DNA from: a virus
Lineage: Duplodnaviria > Heunggongvirae > Uroviricota > Caudoviricetes
IMG/VR virus record: IMGVR_UViG_3300027601_000004
Reading direction: 5' to 3' (one strand)
DNA length: 64,000 nt
Part shown: one piece after another, positions 45,746 to 55,443 of the stretch
How positions within the stretch are numbered: the first letter of the stretch is position 1
How the letters are laid out: every line of letters starts with the position of its first letter
Position numbers and translations under genes: made by a program
Notes under the pieces: generated by a model
Database searches by the model: none
What the model was told of the DNA's origin: nothing
The model's input: only the letters and a program-made list of their open reading frames with translations

Positions 45746-48175
45746 ATGGCAAAAAAGAAATTTGCAGATTTAGCCAGTGCTTGCTGGAAAGGCTATAAAG
45801 CAGTTGGTTTAAAGGATAAGAATGGAAGAAAAGTTCCTAACTGTGTTCCTGAAGAAACAGAAGTAGCTGACGATATTATCGAAGCTAGAGTGTTTGCAAC
45901 TTATCAAGATGCGAAAGCTGCTGCAGCACCTGGACAAAAACCTAAGTTGAACCCATCAAATAACAAGTATATTTTAGTTTCTGAAGAAACTATTGACGAA
46001 GAAGATGATTACTCTAGACGTCATACTGTAGTTGCTCATGTTTCTGATAATACTGGAACTCCTGCTGATGGTGAGAAGCGTGAAGTTATAAAGAAAGCAC
46101 TATCTATATTGGCAGCAACTCCAAAGCATGCAGAGCGTGCTGCAAGAAAACATTTCTCTGACAAAGGATATAAAGTTCATAAAATCTCAGCGAAATTAAA
46201 AGAAGAAGTTGAGTTAGAAGAAGCCACAGTAAGCAAGAAAGATTATTCTTGGGGTAAGATGATGACTGTTCATCACGGCAAAGATATTTCTTATCCTCTA
46301 CATCCAGAACACCAAAAGATTGTTAAGGGTTTACGACCAAGTGGTGAACATTCGAAGGCTATGTATAAAGATGAAACTGGTAATCAAGTTCATGTAACAC
46401 GTGAAGATGACAAAGTTCATTTTGTTTCTCACAGAACATCAGGCAGTAAGAAAACTACTGTTGATTACAAACACTTTGATGAATCAGTTCCAGCAAAGAA
46501 CACTGACATTGCCGATAAGAGTTATTTAAAAGATATGGGTAAGAAACCATCTATCAAATCAGATTTGAAAAACTTTAAGAACTTCTTGACAGGTAAGAAA
46601 GAAACCAACGAAGAAGTTGAAATAGAAGAAGCTAGTCAAACTTGGAATCATGCTAAGGTCAAAAAGAATACAGTTCACGGTACATATCATTCATCTTCAA
46701 TGGATGTTTATGGTAATATGACTGCGCATAAAAAAGGTTTCAAAACTTCTAAAGAAGCTGACGATCACGGAAAGAGTATTACTGGTAAACGCACTAAAGC
46801 GTATCATCCTGGAGAAAGAACTCGTGCAGTTTATGTTGATGAGTCAGTTGAACAAGTGGTGGAAGCAGCACCATTCAAAACTAAAGAAGATGCTGTGAAG
46901 TATGCTAAAGAAAAAGTTAAAACCCATCGTGACAATCTTGATGGTATTGAGATTTATGCTCATAGTGGTGGCTTTGATGTTAACCACACTATGAACGCTA
47001 GTGGTCGCAACTCTCTACAAAAGATTAAAGCAAAACATATTGGAACTATCTACAAAGAAGAAGTTGAAATGGAAGAAGGTTACTACCAAAAGCCAGCATC
47101 TGCTTATCGTCGTAAAGGTGACGAGATTGGTGGTGGTTCTTCTAAGAATAGTGTTCCATTTGATGGTCCATATACAAAGACTAAACCTGTTAAAAACTCA
47201 GATGGCACTACTCAATCACCAATGAGTCGTGCACGTGAACTTGCTAAACAAGCTATTGCTGCAAAGAGTAAAATCAAAGAAGACGTTGTTGATGAACAAG
47301 CTCCAGTTGCTCCAGTTCCAGATAAGAAGTATATCAAAGGAACACCTGAGAATAAAGCATACAAAGCAACTAAGAAACCAATCAATGGTCATCCAACTAA
47401 TAAGGTGTCCTGCGAAGAAGTTGAACAGATCGATGAATTAGATCAGAAAACTTTAAAGTCATATGTTAGAAAGAATTTAAAGTCTGGCGATACTAGTGAT
47501 AAAAGAGATGCGGGGTTGTACACGGCAACCAATAAGATTGCCAAAAAACAAGCAACATCAACTCTCGATAAAAAAGTTAAAACCCTTGGTCAGACAAGAC
47601 CTAGTGAAGTGAAAAACCGATATGAATATGAAGCATCTCGTTCTGAATTGAAGAACAGAGGTATTCATCATTTCGCAGGTCGCAGAACTAGAACTGAAGA
47701 AGTCGAACAAGTTGACGAGAAAGCACCTCCAGGATTTGAGGGTACTGTTAAAGCAATGAAGAAGCATAAAGAAATTGATAATCCTTTTGCTCTTGCATGG
47801 TATATGAAGAATAAGGGTATGAAGAGTCATAAAGAAGAAGTGGAACAATTTGACGATAACGGAGAGGTAATAACTAACATGAAAACATATAAAGAGTTTG
47901 TAGAATCTCTTGATGAGGTTAAAATGGCTGACTTACCAGTACGTAAAGTGAGTGGTCGTGGTTATGGTACTGAGTATTATAAGGGTGAAGCCGAAGCAGA
48001 CAAAAAAGGTTACGACGATGAAGACAAGCCAGCTAAACCAGCTGCAGAGAAACGTGGTCGTGGTCGTCCAGCAGGTTCTACATCTGGCGCACGTCAGAAG
48101 GGAACTATTGCTAAGAGAAAAGGTAGTGGTGTCGAAATGACAGGCTATCCAGTACACTTGCCTAATTTCAAATAA
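45746..48175 (+). CDS. Lysine-rich 809-aa protein with six periodic EEVExEE/EEVEQxDE motifs and a C-terminal AT-hook (KRGRGRPAGS).
   Basis: Long ORF with an AATAAATGG RBS; 18% Lys; repeats at about aa 150, 290, 435, 555, 650 and 695. Confidence 0.6.
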   Translation: MAKKKFADLASACWKGYKAVGLKDKNGRKVPNCVPEETEVADDIIEARVFATYQDAKAAAAPGQKPKLNPSNNKYILVSEETIDEEDDYSRRHTVVAHVSDNTGTPADGEKREVIKKALSILAATPKHAERAARKHFSDKGYKVHKISAKLKEEVELEEATVSKKDYSWGKMMTVHHGKDISYPLHPEHQKIVKGLRPSGEHSKAMYKDETGNQVHVTREDDKVHFVSHRTSGSKKTTVDYKHFDESVPAKNTDIADKSYLKDMGKKPSIKSDLKNFKNFLTGKKETNEEVEIEEASQTWNHAKVKKNTVHGTYHSSSMDVYGNMTAHKKGFKTSKEADDHGKSITGKRTKAYHPGERTRAVYVDESVEQVVEAAPFKTKEDAVKYAKEKVKTHRDNLDGIEIYAHSGGFDVNHTMNASGRNSLQKIKAKHIGTIYKEEVEMEEGYYQKPASAYRRKGDEIGGGSSKNSVPFDGPYTKTKPVKNSDGTTQSPMSRARELAKQAIAAKSKIKEDVVDEQAPVAPVPDKKYIKGTPENKAYKATKKPINGHPTNKVSCEEVEQIDELDQKTLKSYVRKNLKSGDTSDKRDAGLYTATNKIAKKQATSTLDKKVKTLGQTRPSEVKNRYEYEASRSELKNRGIHHFAGRRTRTEEVEQVDEKAPPGFEGTVKAMKKHKEIDNPFALAWYMKNKGMKSHKEEVEQFDDNGEVITNMKTYKEFVESLDEVKMADLPVRKVSGRGYGTEYYKGEAEADKKGYDDEDKPAKPAAEKRGRGRPAGSTSGARQKGTIAKRKGSGVEMTGYPVHLPNFK

Positions 48176-48185
48176 GGAGAATAAA

Positions 48186-48455
48186 ATGGCACTATGGGGA
48201 AAAACAGACGCAGCTGGCAGCAAGCCACAATATCTAAACACTGCTGGTAAAGCAGCTGTTGAGGGTATCTCTGCAGCAGAAGCAGCAGTCGCAGCAAACA
48301 AGGCTAAAGGTGTTGCTCATGCAGGCTGGGTAACAACTAATACATACACTGATGCACAAGGTGTAACACGCAACAAGACTGAAGTTCTAGTTGCTATGTC
48401 ATCAATCACTGGTGATGACAACACTGATGATACAACTATCGGTGCTGATGCCTAA
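48186..48455 (+). CDS. Small Ala/Thr-rich protein (89 aa), probably highly expressed.
   Basis: Strong AAGGAG RBS and a strong terminator immediately downstream. Confidence 0.5.
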   Translation: MALWGKTDAAGSKPQYLNTAGKAAVEGISAAEAAVAANKAKGVAHAGWVTTNTYTDAQGVTRNKTEVLVAMSSITGDDNTDDTTIGADA

Positions 48456-48469
48456 TAAATAAATTGGTT

Positions 48470-48494
48470 GAGGGGAGATTCCTCCCCTCCTTTT
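48470..48494 (+). terminator. Rho-independent terminator.
   Basis: GAGGGGAG-ATTC-CTCCCCTC followed by CTTTT. Confidence 0.8.
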
Positions 48495-48507
48495 AGAATG
48501 GGTTAGT

Positions 48508-48708
48508 ATGTTAGAGAATATTAAAAGCGAACTTGAAACACTGAGAGCAGCGCACAAAGAAAAGATGGATTTTCTTACGCAGTTACGCAACACAATGATG
48601 CAGACTGAAGCAGAGATTCATCAGATTAATGGTGCGATGGCAATGTGTGAAAAATTTATGGTTTCGGCAGCAACTGAAAAGAATGATGATGCTCGAAAAA
48701 TTAAATGA
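48508..48708 (+). CDS. Hypothetical coiled-coil protein (66 aa).
   Basis: ORF. Confidence 0.35.
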   Translation: MLENIKSELETLRAAHKEKMDFLTQLRNTMMQTEAEIHQINGAMAMCEKFMVSAATEKNDDARKIK

Positions 48709-49066
48709 TGCTAATTTTTTAGTTTATGCCATGCGACATTATGATAATCCGCAATGTCATAGCATAGCTGAATTTGAAGATGACCTGAAAAAATTTATAT
48801 ACTTGAAAAAATTAATATACAGGTATAAAAATTCAGGTGAATTAAGAGAGCGATTAATATTAAACCACATTATTGTTTTATACAATATCTTTGGTGAATC
48901 AACAACTAAGATGTTGTTTCATAAAATTGAAGAAGACTTGTGGCCACAACTAATCACTTTCTTAGTTTATCTTAATAGGATGCCAGAGACTATTCCAGAA
49001 TATGGAATTAATCTTACTGATATTAAATTGGACGAAACGATTATCGCAGTATTAAGGAAGATATGA
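48683..49066 (+). CDS. Hypothetical (127 aa).
   Basis: Triple ATG start overlapping the upstream stop. Confidence 0.4.
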   Translation: MMMLEKLNDANFLVYAMRHYDNPQCHSIAEFEDDLKKFIYLKKLIYRYKNSGELRERLILNHIIVLYNIFGESTTKMLFHKIEEDLWPQLITFLVYLNRMPETIPEYGINLTDIKLDETIIAVLRKI

Positions 49067-49578
49067 GCAGACTAATAGACAACTTGATAGCATATAGAAT
49101 TTTAACTATGCTTATCAAGCCATTTGATGATACGCAAGCATATAAGTTAGGTATCATTGACGCTAAAGGTAAAAACCTTAAGAAGTCCAGCACATTAAAA
49201 ACTTCTGCAGAAAAAGATGCTTATACTTATTTAAATCGTCTTGTTTTCAATATGAAAAAGATTATTAACAAACTTCCAGGTGGAGAAAGTAAGTTAAAAA
49301 GTCTTGTAGCTGCATTGTTTTTAGTTAAAGAATATTATCAAAGTAATGATAGAACTACATCTTTAATGGAACAAAGATATATTCAGATCTTAGAGATGTT
49401 AGAAGATAATGTTTATTTGGTAGAAGAAGAGATTTTAGTCAGTAAGTTTTTAAGTGAAGATGCAGTAGCCAATGTTGCTGGTGCTGGTGTAGCCACCGAT
49501 ACTCCTGCTCCATTAAAGAAAGATATTGCTAAACATAAACAAATGGCTAGACGTAAACCACCTCTTGAGGCAGCATAA
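49063..49578 (+). CDS. Hypothetical (171 aa).
   Basis: ORF with ATGA overlap. Confidence 0.4.
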   Translation: MSRLIDNLIAYRILTMLIKPFDDTQAYKLGIIDAKGKNLKKSSTLKTSAEKDAYTYLNRLVFNMKKIINKLPGGESKLKSLVAALFLVKEYYQSNDRTTSLMEQRYIQILEMLEDNVYLVEEEILVSKFLSEDAVANVAGAGVATDTPAPLKKDIAKHKQMARRKPPLEAA

Positions 49579-50039
49579 TGTGGTTGTTAAGTTTCCTTCC
49601 AGACGCATTACTCGTTTGGATAATTAATGGTGTATTACTAGCTGGTATAGTAGGTACAACAGTTTCAGTTTTATTTAAACTTGCTATTCGTTGGATACCT
49701 TGGATTATACCTTATCGTACTCTATTGCAGGTAGTAAGTATAGTGTTACTTCTGGCAGGTGTTTACTTCAAAGGTGGTTTGGCAATCGAGCAAGAATGGA
49801 GAGCAAGAGTTAGAGAACTTGAAGCCAAAGTTGCATTATCTGAAGAGCAAGCTAAAACAGCCAATGTTAAAATCGAAAAGGTTTATATTGACAAAGTTAA
49901 AGTTGTTAAAGATACACAAATAGTAATACAAGAAAAGATTAAGAATGTAGAAGTTAAGATTGATTCTCAATGTAAAGTGTCATCAGAAACAATTGACATT
50001 CTTAATGAAGCAGCGAAAAGACCTGAGGTCAAGAAATGA
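49578..50039 (+). CDS. Rz-like inner-membrane spanin candidate (N-terminal TM region plus periplasmic coiled coil).
   Basis: Two hydrophobic segments then a coiled coil; the 3' end overlaps a lipoprotein gene by ATGA. Confidence 0.5.
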   Translation: MWLLSFLPDALLVWIINGVLLAGIVGTTVSVLFKLAIRWIPWIIPYRTLLQVVSIVLLLAGVYFKGGLAIEQEWRARVRELEAKVALSEEQAKTANVKIEKVYIDKVKVVKDTQIVIQEKIKNVEVKIDSQCKVSSETIDILNEAAKRPEVKK

Positions 50040-50302
50040 GAAAGTTACTCATTATTATACCAATAGTATTTTTGCTATCTGGTTGTTTAACCACACCAGT
50101 CAAGCGTAAGTTCCCAGAAGTTCCACAAGCACTTTTGGTATCATGTCCTGACTTAAAACAGATAGAAACAACTGATAAACTTTCTGAGGTTATCAAAGTT
50201 GTCTCTGACAATTATGGTATGTACCATGAATGTCGCATTGCAGTAGAAACTTGGATAGAGTGGTACAAGACACAAAAAGACATTTTTGATAGTGTGAAAT
50301 GA
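50036..50302 (+). CDS. Rz1-like outer-membrane lipoprotein spanin candidate.
   Basis: Signal peptide with lipobox LLSGC, Pro-containing periplasmic segment, two additional Cys; overlaps the i-spanin stop. Confidence 0.5.
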   Translation: MRKLLIIIPIVFLLSGCLTTPVKRKFPEVPQALLVSCPDLKQIETTDKLSEVIKVVSDNYGMYHECRIAVETWIEWYKTQKDIFDSVK

Positions 50303-50312
50303 GTCTTGTGTA

Positions 50313-50666
50313 ATGATAACTAATAACGAAAATTTTCCTACTATGTTAGATCAAGAAAGAGTAGCCAAATTGGAAACACAGGTCGAAGCCATCAAAGAAG
50401 ATGTCGGCGAAGTAAAGAATGACATCAAAGAATTGCATTCTAGAATTACCACAGGTAATCGTGAGATTATGGATAAGCTCGATGAAAAAATCGATGCACT
50501 TGCAAAATCCGATTCAGAACAGCACTTATCTCTGAAGTCTTCAATGGATAAAGTTAAAGAACGTGTTGATATTCTCGAGCGTTGGAGATGGATGATTGTA
50601 GGCGGTGCAATAGTTCTTGGATATGCATTGGGTCATATTGACGTTTTACAAAAGTTTATAAAATAA
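50313..50666 (+). CDS. Coiled-coil protein with a C-terminal TM anchor; possibly lysis-associated.
   Basis: ORF; hydrophobic C-terminus WRWMIVGGAIVLGYALG. Confidence 0.4.
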   Translation: MITNNENFPTMLDQERVAKLETQVEAIKEDVGEVKNDIKELHSRITTGNREIMDKLDEKIDALAKSDSEQHLSLKSSMDKVKERVDILERWRWMIVGGAIVLGYALGHIDVLQKFIK

Positions 50667-50718
50667 ATTTGCTTTTAATTGTGAACTGGGGTAAAATAGT
50701 TACTCTAGTGGAGTTATT

Positions 50719-51750
50719 ATGTTATACATTGATGTTAAGTTTGCAAGTATTCTTGGATCACGTCTAAGAAATTTCAAACAGAAAAAAGATTACCTTTGGA
50801 ATTATTCCTGTCCAGTCTGTGGTGATAGTACCACAAACAAACTTAAAGCACGTGGATACATCTATCGTGCAAAATCAGATTTATTCTGTAAGTGTCACAA
50901 CTGCGGATATGGAACCAATCTCGGCAACTTAATCAAGTATGTCGATACAAAACTTTATGATGAGTATGTCTTGGAACGCTACAAAGGTGGTGCTACAAGA
51001 TATAATGACCACAAAGACATTGCTGATACCAGTGTCGTCTTAGAAACTCCACAAGAAGATTTACTTGAGGATGATATCCTCGAGAGTCTTACACGCATCG
51101 ATAAATTACCAGATGGTCATCCAGTTCTTCAATATATAAACAACCGACAGATACCAAAGGATAAACGGAACTTACTCTACTTTGCTCCAAAATTTAAAGC
51201 ATATACCAATACCGTTACGCCAAAATTTCAAGAGCCAATAGTAGATGAGCACCCAAGACTTATCATTCCTTACTTCACTGCTGCTGGTAAATGTTTTGCA
51301 TATCAAGCCAGAGCATTTGGTAAAGAAGAGCCTAAGTATTATACAATTAAAGTAGATGAAACGCAGGAGAAAATTTATGGACTCGATCGCTTGGATTATA
51401 GCAAACGCATATATGTTGTTGAAGGACCAATTGATTCGCTATTCTTACCAAATGCAATCGCTGTGTCAGGAGCAAGTTTTGATACCCCTACTATTCGGCA
51501 GCTACTTACTAACGCAACGATTGTAATGGATAATGAGCCACGTAATAAAGACATAGTGAAACAACTTGACAAATATATTAGTTTAGGCTATAATGTTTGT
51601 ATGTTCCCCGACACCGTAATGCAAAAAGATATCAATGAAATGATTTTAGATGGTAAAATGACTACTGACGAAATTGTTCAATTGATAAATACGAATACCT
51701 TTTCAGGTGTTGAAGCAAAATTAAAATTTAGTACATGGAGAAAGATTTGA
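50719..51750 (+). CDS. 61: DNA primase gp61 (zinc-binding domain plus TOPRIM).
   Basis: CPVCGDS...CKCHNCG zinc ribbon at the N-terminus; TOPRIM-like YVVEGPIDS; position next to the replication genes. Confidence 0.85.
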   Translation: MLYIDVKFASILGSRLRNFKQKKDYLWNYSCPVCGDSTTNKLKARGYIYRAKSDLFCKCHNCGYGTNLGNLIKYVDTKLYDEYVLERYKGGATRYNDHKDIADTSVVLETPQEDLLEDDILESLTRIDKLPDGHPVLQYINNRQIPKDKRNLLYFAPKFKAYTNTVTPKFQEPIVDEHPRLIIPYFTAAGKCFAYQARAFGKEEPKYYTIKVDETQEKIYGLDRLDYSKRIYVVEGPIDSLFLPNAIAVSGASFDTPTIRQLLTNATIVMDNEPRNKDIVKQLDKYISLGYNVCMFPDTVMQKDINEMILDGKMTTDEIVQLINTNTFSGVEAKLKFSTWRKI

Positions 51751-52430
51751 AAGTTAAATTAATAAATTATTCGCAGGGAACACCTGAAGTTATTGAAGAA
51801 GGTCTAGATAATGTTCAAGATTTAATTGCTTACTGTGCCAGAGTTTCAAACCCCAGTAATCAATACAACACAGATACAGCAGAAAAGTTGATTCGATATC
51901 TAATTAAAAATAAACACTGGTCACCACTAGAGATGGTGAGTGCATGTTTAGAAATTGAAACTACACGTGATATCGCAAGACAAATTTTACGCCATCGCTC
52001 TTTTTCCTTCCAGGAGTTTAGTCAACGATATGCTGACCCCACAAAAGAACTTGACTTTGTACTTCGTGAAGCACGACTTCAAGATACAAAGAACAGACAA
52101 AACTCAGTTGAAGTTAAAGGACTAACACTAACTGAACAAAATCTAATAGATCAGTGGAGATGGAAGCAAGAAGAAGTTATTTCTGCTGCGAACCATGCAT
52201 ATGATTGGGCTATCAAAAATGGGATCGCCAAAGAGCAAGCAAGAGCAGTTTTACCAGAAGGTTTAACTGTCTCACGTTTATACATGAATGGCACTTTGCG
52301 TAGTTGGGTTCATTTTATTGAACTGCGTAGCGCAAATGGTACACAGAAAGAACACATGTTAGTTGCACGTGAGTGTGCGAAAGTAATAGCAAGTATCTTC
52401 CCAATGGTGGAAGAATTCGTAAACAAATAA
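51735..52430 (+). CDS. thyX: Flavin-dependent thymidylate synthase ThyX.
   Basis: ThyX signature RHRSFSFQEFSQRY. Confidence 0.9.
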   Translation: MEKDLKVKLINYSQGTPEVIEEGLDNVQDLIAYCARVSNPSNQYNTDTAEKLIRYLIKNKHWSPLEMVSACLEIETTRDIARQILRHRSFSFQEFSQRYADPTKELDFVLREARLQDTKNRQNSVEVKGLTLTEQNLIDQWRWKQEEVISAANHAYDWAIKNGIAKEQARAVLPEGLTVSRLYMNGTLRSWVHFIELRSANGTQKEHMLVARECAKVIASIFPMVEEFVNK

Positions 52431-52450
52431 TAATAAAATTGGAGCAATAT

Positions 52451-54253
52451 ATGGAAAGTGTCGTGCATGGCATTAAGGTTGACTACAGCCGAGATAATTT
52501 ATTCGATGCATTGGGATTAATGAGATTAAAAGAATCCTACATGAAAGATGATGAACAATCTCCACAAGAAAGGTTCGCTTATGTATCAAAACAATTCGGC
52601 TCTAATGAAGAACATGCGCAGAGGTTATACGAGTACAGCAGCAAGCATTGGCTTTCTTATTCTACTCCCATTCTTTCTTTTGGTCGCAGTAAGCGTGGGT
52701 TGCCTATATCATGTTTTCTTAACTATATTGAAGATACAGCGGAGGGACTAGTTGATAACCTATCAGAAACTAATTGGCTTTCTATGCTCGGGGGTGGTGT
52801 TGGTATTGGCTTTGGTATTCGTTCAGCAGACGATAAATCTACTGGTGTCATGCCTCACCTCAAGATCTATGACTCCAGTTCTTTGGCATACAGGCAGGGT
52901 CGTACTCGCAGGGGTAGCTATGCTGCTTACCTGTCTATTGATCATCCAGACCTTATCCCATTTTTAGAGATGCGTAAACCAACAGGGGATCAGAATTTGA
53001 GAACCCTAAACATGCATCATGGTGTAAACATCCCTGATGCATTTATGCATATTATCGAACAGTCAATGCTCGATCCAAACTTTGATGATTCTTGGGAATT
53101 GAAAGACCCGCATAGCGGAGAAGTTCGTGAAACTGTTTCAGCAAAAGAATTGTGGCAGAAGATTTTAGAATTACGTATGACGACAGGTGAACCATACTTA
53201 CATTTTATTGATGAATCTAATCGTAAGCTACCACAATGGTTAAAAGATAAAGGTTTAAAAGTTAATCAATCAAATCTTTGTTCAGAAATTATTTTACCAA
53301 CTAACGAGAAGCGAACAGCTGTCTGTTGTTTATCTTCATTAAACTTGGAGTACTATGATGAGTGGAAAGACGATCCTCTTTTCCTTGCTGATATTGCAGA
53401 AATGCTTGATAATGTTCTTCAGTATTTTATTGATCATGCACCTTCCGCAATCAAACGAGCGAAATATTCCGCCATGCGAGAGAGAAGTATCGGCATCGGT
53501 GCGTTGGGTTGGCATGCCTACCTGCAAAAAAATAATCTCCCATGGGAAAACCCAATGGCAGTTGGAAGAAACAAAAAAATATTCAAACACGTTAGAGAGA
53601 AGTTAGATGAAGCGAATCAGAAGTTGGGGACTGAGCGAGGTGAAGCACCTGACGCAGTGGGCACTGGGAATCGCTTTAGTCATCTTATGGCTATTGCTCC
53701 CAATGCTTCTTCTTCCATTCTTATGGGCAACACTAGTCCTTCTATTGAACCTTATCGTGCCAATGCTTATCGCCAAGACACTCTATCGGGTTCTCACCTA
53801 AATAAAAATCGTTATCTGGATAAAATCATTCAGAAAGAATCCGAGAATCATAAAGAAGGTTGGGCGGATGAGGTGTGGTCAAGTATTATCGCCAACGATG
53901 GTTCTGTGCAGCACTTAGAGTGGATGGACGACTGGACTAAAGAAGTATTTAAAACTTCGATGGAGATTGATCAGCGTTGGGTTATTCAACATGCAGCAGA
54001 TCGTCAAGAGTATATCGACCAAGCACAATCTCTGAATGTTTTCTTTAGACCAGATTCTCATATCAAATATATTCATGCTGTTCACTTTCAAGCATGGAAA
54101 CAAGGATTGAAAACAATGTATTATTGTCGCTCAGATAAGATTGCTAAAGCAGATAAAGTTGCTAAGCGAATTGAGAGAGAAGTTATTAAAGAGATCGATT
54201 TAACAGCACTGGCATCAGCTGACGATGGTGCTTGCTTAGCCTGCGAGGGATAA
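52451..54253 (+). CDS. nrdA: Class I ribonucleotide reductase alpha subunit.
   Basis: Active-site NLCSEI, C-terminal CLACEG redox Cys pair; GGAG RBS at 52441. The gene is uninterrupted. Confidence 0.9.
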   Translation: MESVVHGIKVDYSRDNLFDALGLMRLKESYMKDDEQSPQERFAYVSKQFGSNEEHAQRLYEYSSKHWLSYSTPILSFGRSKRGLPISCFLNYIEDTAEGLVDNLSETNWLSMLGGGVGIGFGIRSADDKSTGVMPHLKIYDSSSLAYRQGRTRRGSYAAYLSIDHPDLIPFLEMRKPTGDQNLRTLNMHHGVNIPDAFMHIIEQSMLDPNFDDSWELKDPHSGEVRETVSAKELWQKILELRMTTGEPYLHFIDESNRKLPQWLKDKGLKVNQSNLCSEIILPTNEKRTAVCCLSSLNLEYYDEWKDDPLFLADIAEMLDNVLQYFIDHAPSAIKRAKYSAMRERSIGIGALGWHAYLQKNNLPWENPMAVGRNKKIFKHVREKLDEANQKLGTERGEAPDAVGTGNRFSHLMAIAPNASSSILMGNTSPSIEPYRANAYRQDTLSGSHLNKNRYLDKIIQKESENHKEGWADEVWSSIIANDGSVQHLEWMDDWTKEVFKTSMEIDQRWVIQHAADRQEYIDQAQSLNVFFRPDSHIKYIHAVHFQAWKQGLKTMYYCRSDKIAKADKVAKRIEREVIKEIDLTALASADDGACLACEG

Positions 54254-54254
54254 C

Positions 54255-54449
54255 ATGGACGCATACGAATTATTCTGGAAAATAAAAACTATTTGGATGG
54301 ATAATACGGATAAACAGAGCGGATCAGGACCAAAACATACACAACATATGGCGACGATGATAATGACTAGAGATGGTTATCGTGAGGTGATTGGAGCTAA
54401 ATGGAATTCAGAAATAAAAGCAATAGAACTAATTACAGACGAGGAATAA
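54255..54449 (+). CDS. Small hypothetical protein between nrdA and nrdB.
   Basis: ORF. Confidence 0.35.
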   Translation: MDAYELFWKIKTIWMDNTDKQSGSGPKHTQHMATMIMTRDGYREVIGAKWNSEIKAIELITDEE

Positions 54450-54450
54450 G

Positions 54451-55443
54451 ATGGTAAAGAATAAAACGAGTAAAATGACTGATGAAAGGAATTATTTCAA
54501 ACCTTTCAATTATCCATGGGCATATGAAGCGTGGCTAAAACATGAACAAGCACATTGGTTACACACTGAAGTTCCAATGGCAGAAGACGTTAAGCAATGG
54601 AAGAAAAGTTTAACGCAAGAAGAAAAAACATTCTTGACAAACATCTTTCGTTTTTTCACACAAGGTGACATCGATGTGGCAGGTGGTTACGTTAAGAACT
54701 ATCTACCATACTTCCCACAACCAGAGATTCGCATGATGCTTTCTGGTTTCGCTGCACGTGAAGCACTGCATATTGCTGCGTACTCGCACTTGATTGAAAC
54801 ACTGGGTATGCCAGAATCAACTTACAATGAGTTCCTTGAGTATCAAGAGATGCGTGACAAGCACGATTATGTTCTTGAGTTATCTTCGAAGAATGGTACA
54901 TTGGCATCAACAGCAACACACATTGCGGTGTTCTCTGCATTCACTGAAGGGATGCAGTTGTTCTCTTCATTCATTATGTTGTTGAACTTCCCTCGCCATG
55001 GTTTGATGAAGGGTATGGGTCAGATCGTTACTTGGAGTATTGTTGATGAAACGATGCATGCTGAGAATATGATCAAATTATTTAAAGAGTTTATCAAGGA
55101 GAACCCAGAGATCTGGAATGATGAACTTAAATCTAAGATTTATACTATCGCTGAAAAGATGGTTGCATTGGAAGATAAGTTTATCGATCTCTGCTACCAG
55201 AATGGCGAGATGCGTGATCTAAAAGCTGAAGATGTTAAACAGTACATCCGTTACATCGCAGATCGTCGCCTTATCTCGCTAGGTATGAAAGGTATTTTCA
55301 AAGTTAAGAAGAATCCTTTGCCATGGGTAGAAGAAATGATTAACGCACCAGTGCACGGAAACTTCTTTGAGAATCGTGTTACTGACTATGCCAAAGGTGC
55401 ATTGTCTGGCAGCTGGGATGATGTTTGGGGCAAGGCTGCTTGA
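54451..55443 (+). CDS. nrdB: Class I ribonucleotide reductase beta subunit.
   Basis: Di-iron ligand motifs (AAREALH, ETMHAE), tyrosyl-radical region, C-terminal acidic tail. Uninterrupted. Confidence 0.9.
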   Translation: MVKNKTSKMTDERNYFKPFNYPWAYEAWLKHEQAHWLHTEVPMAEDVKQWKKSLTQEEKTFLTNIFRFFTQGDIDVAGGYVKNYLPYFPQPEIRMMLSGFAAREALHIAAYSHLIETLGMPESTYNEFLEYQEMRDKHDYVLELSSKNGTLASTATHIAVFSAFTEGMQLFSSFIMLLNFPRHGLMKGMGQIVTWSIVDETMHAENMIKLFKEFIKENPEIWNDELKSKIYTIAEKMVALEDKFIDLCYQNGEMRDLKAEDVKQYIRYIADRRLISLGMKGIFKVKKNPLPWVEEMINAPVHGNFFENRVTDYAKGALSGSWDDVWGKAA

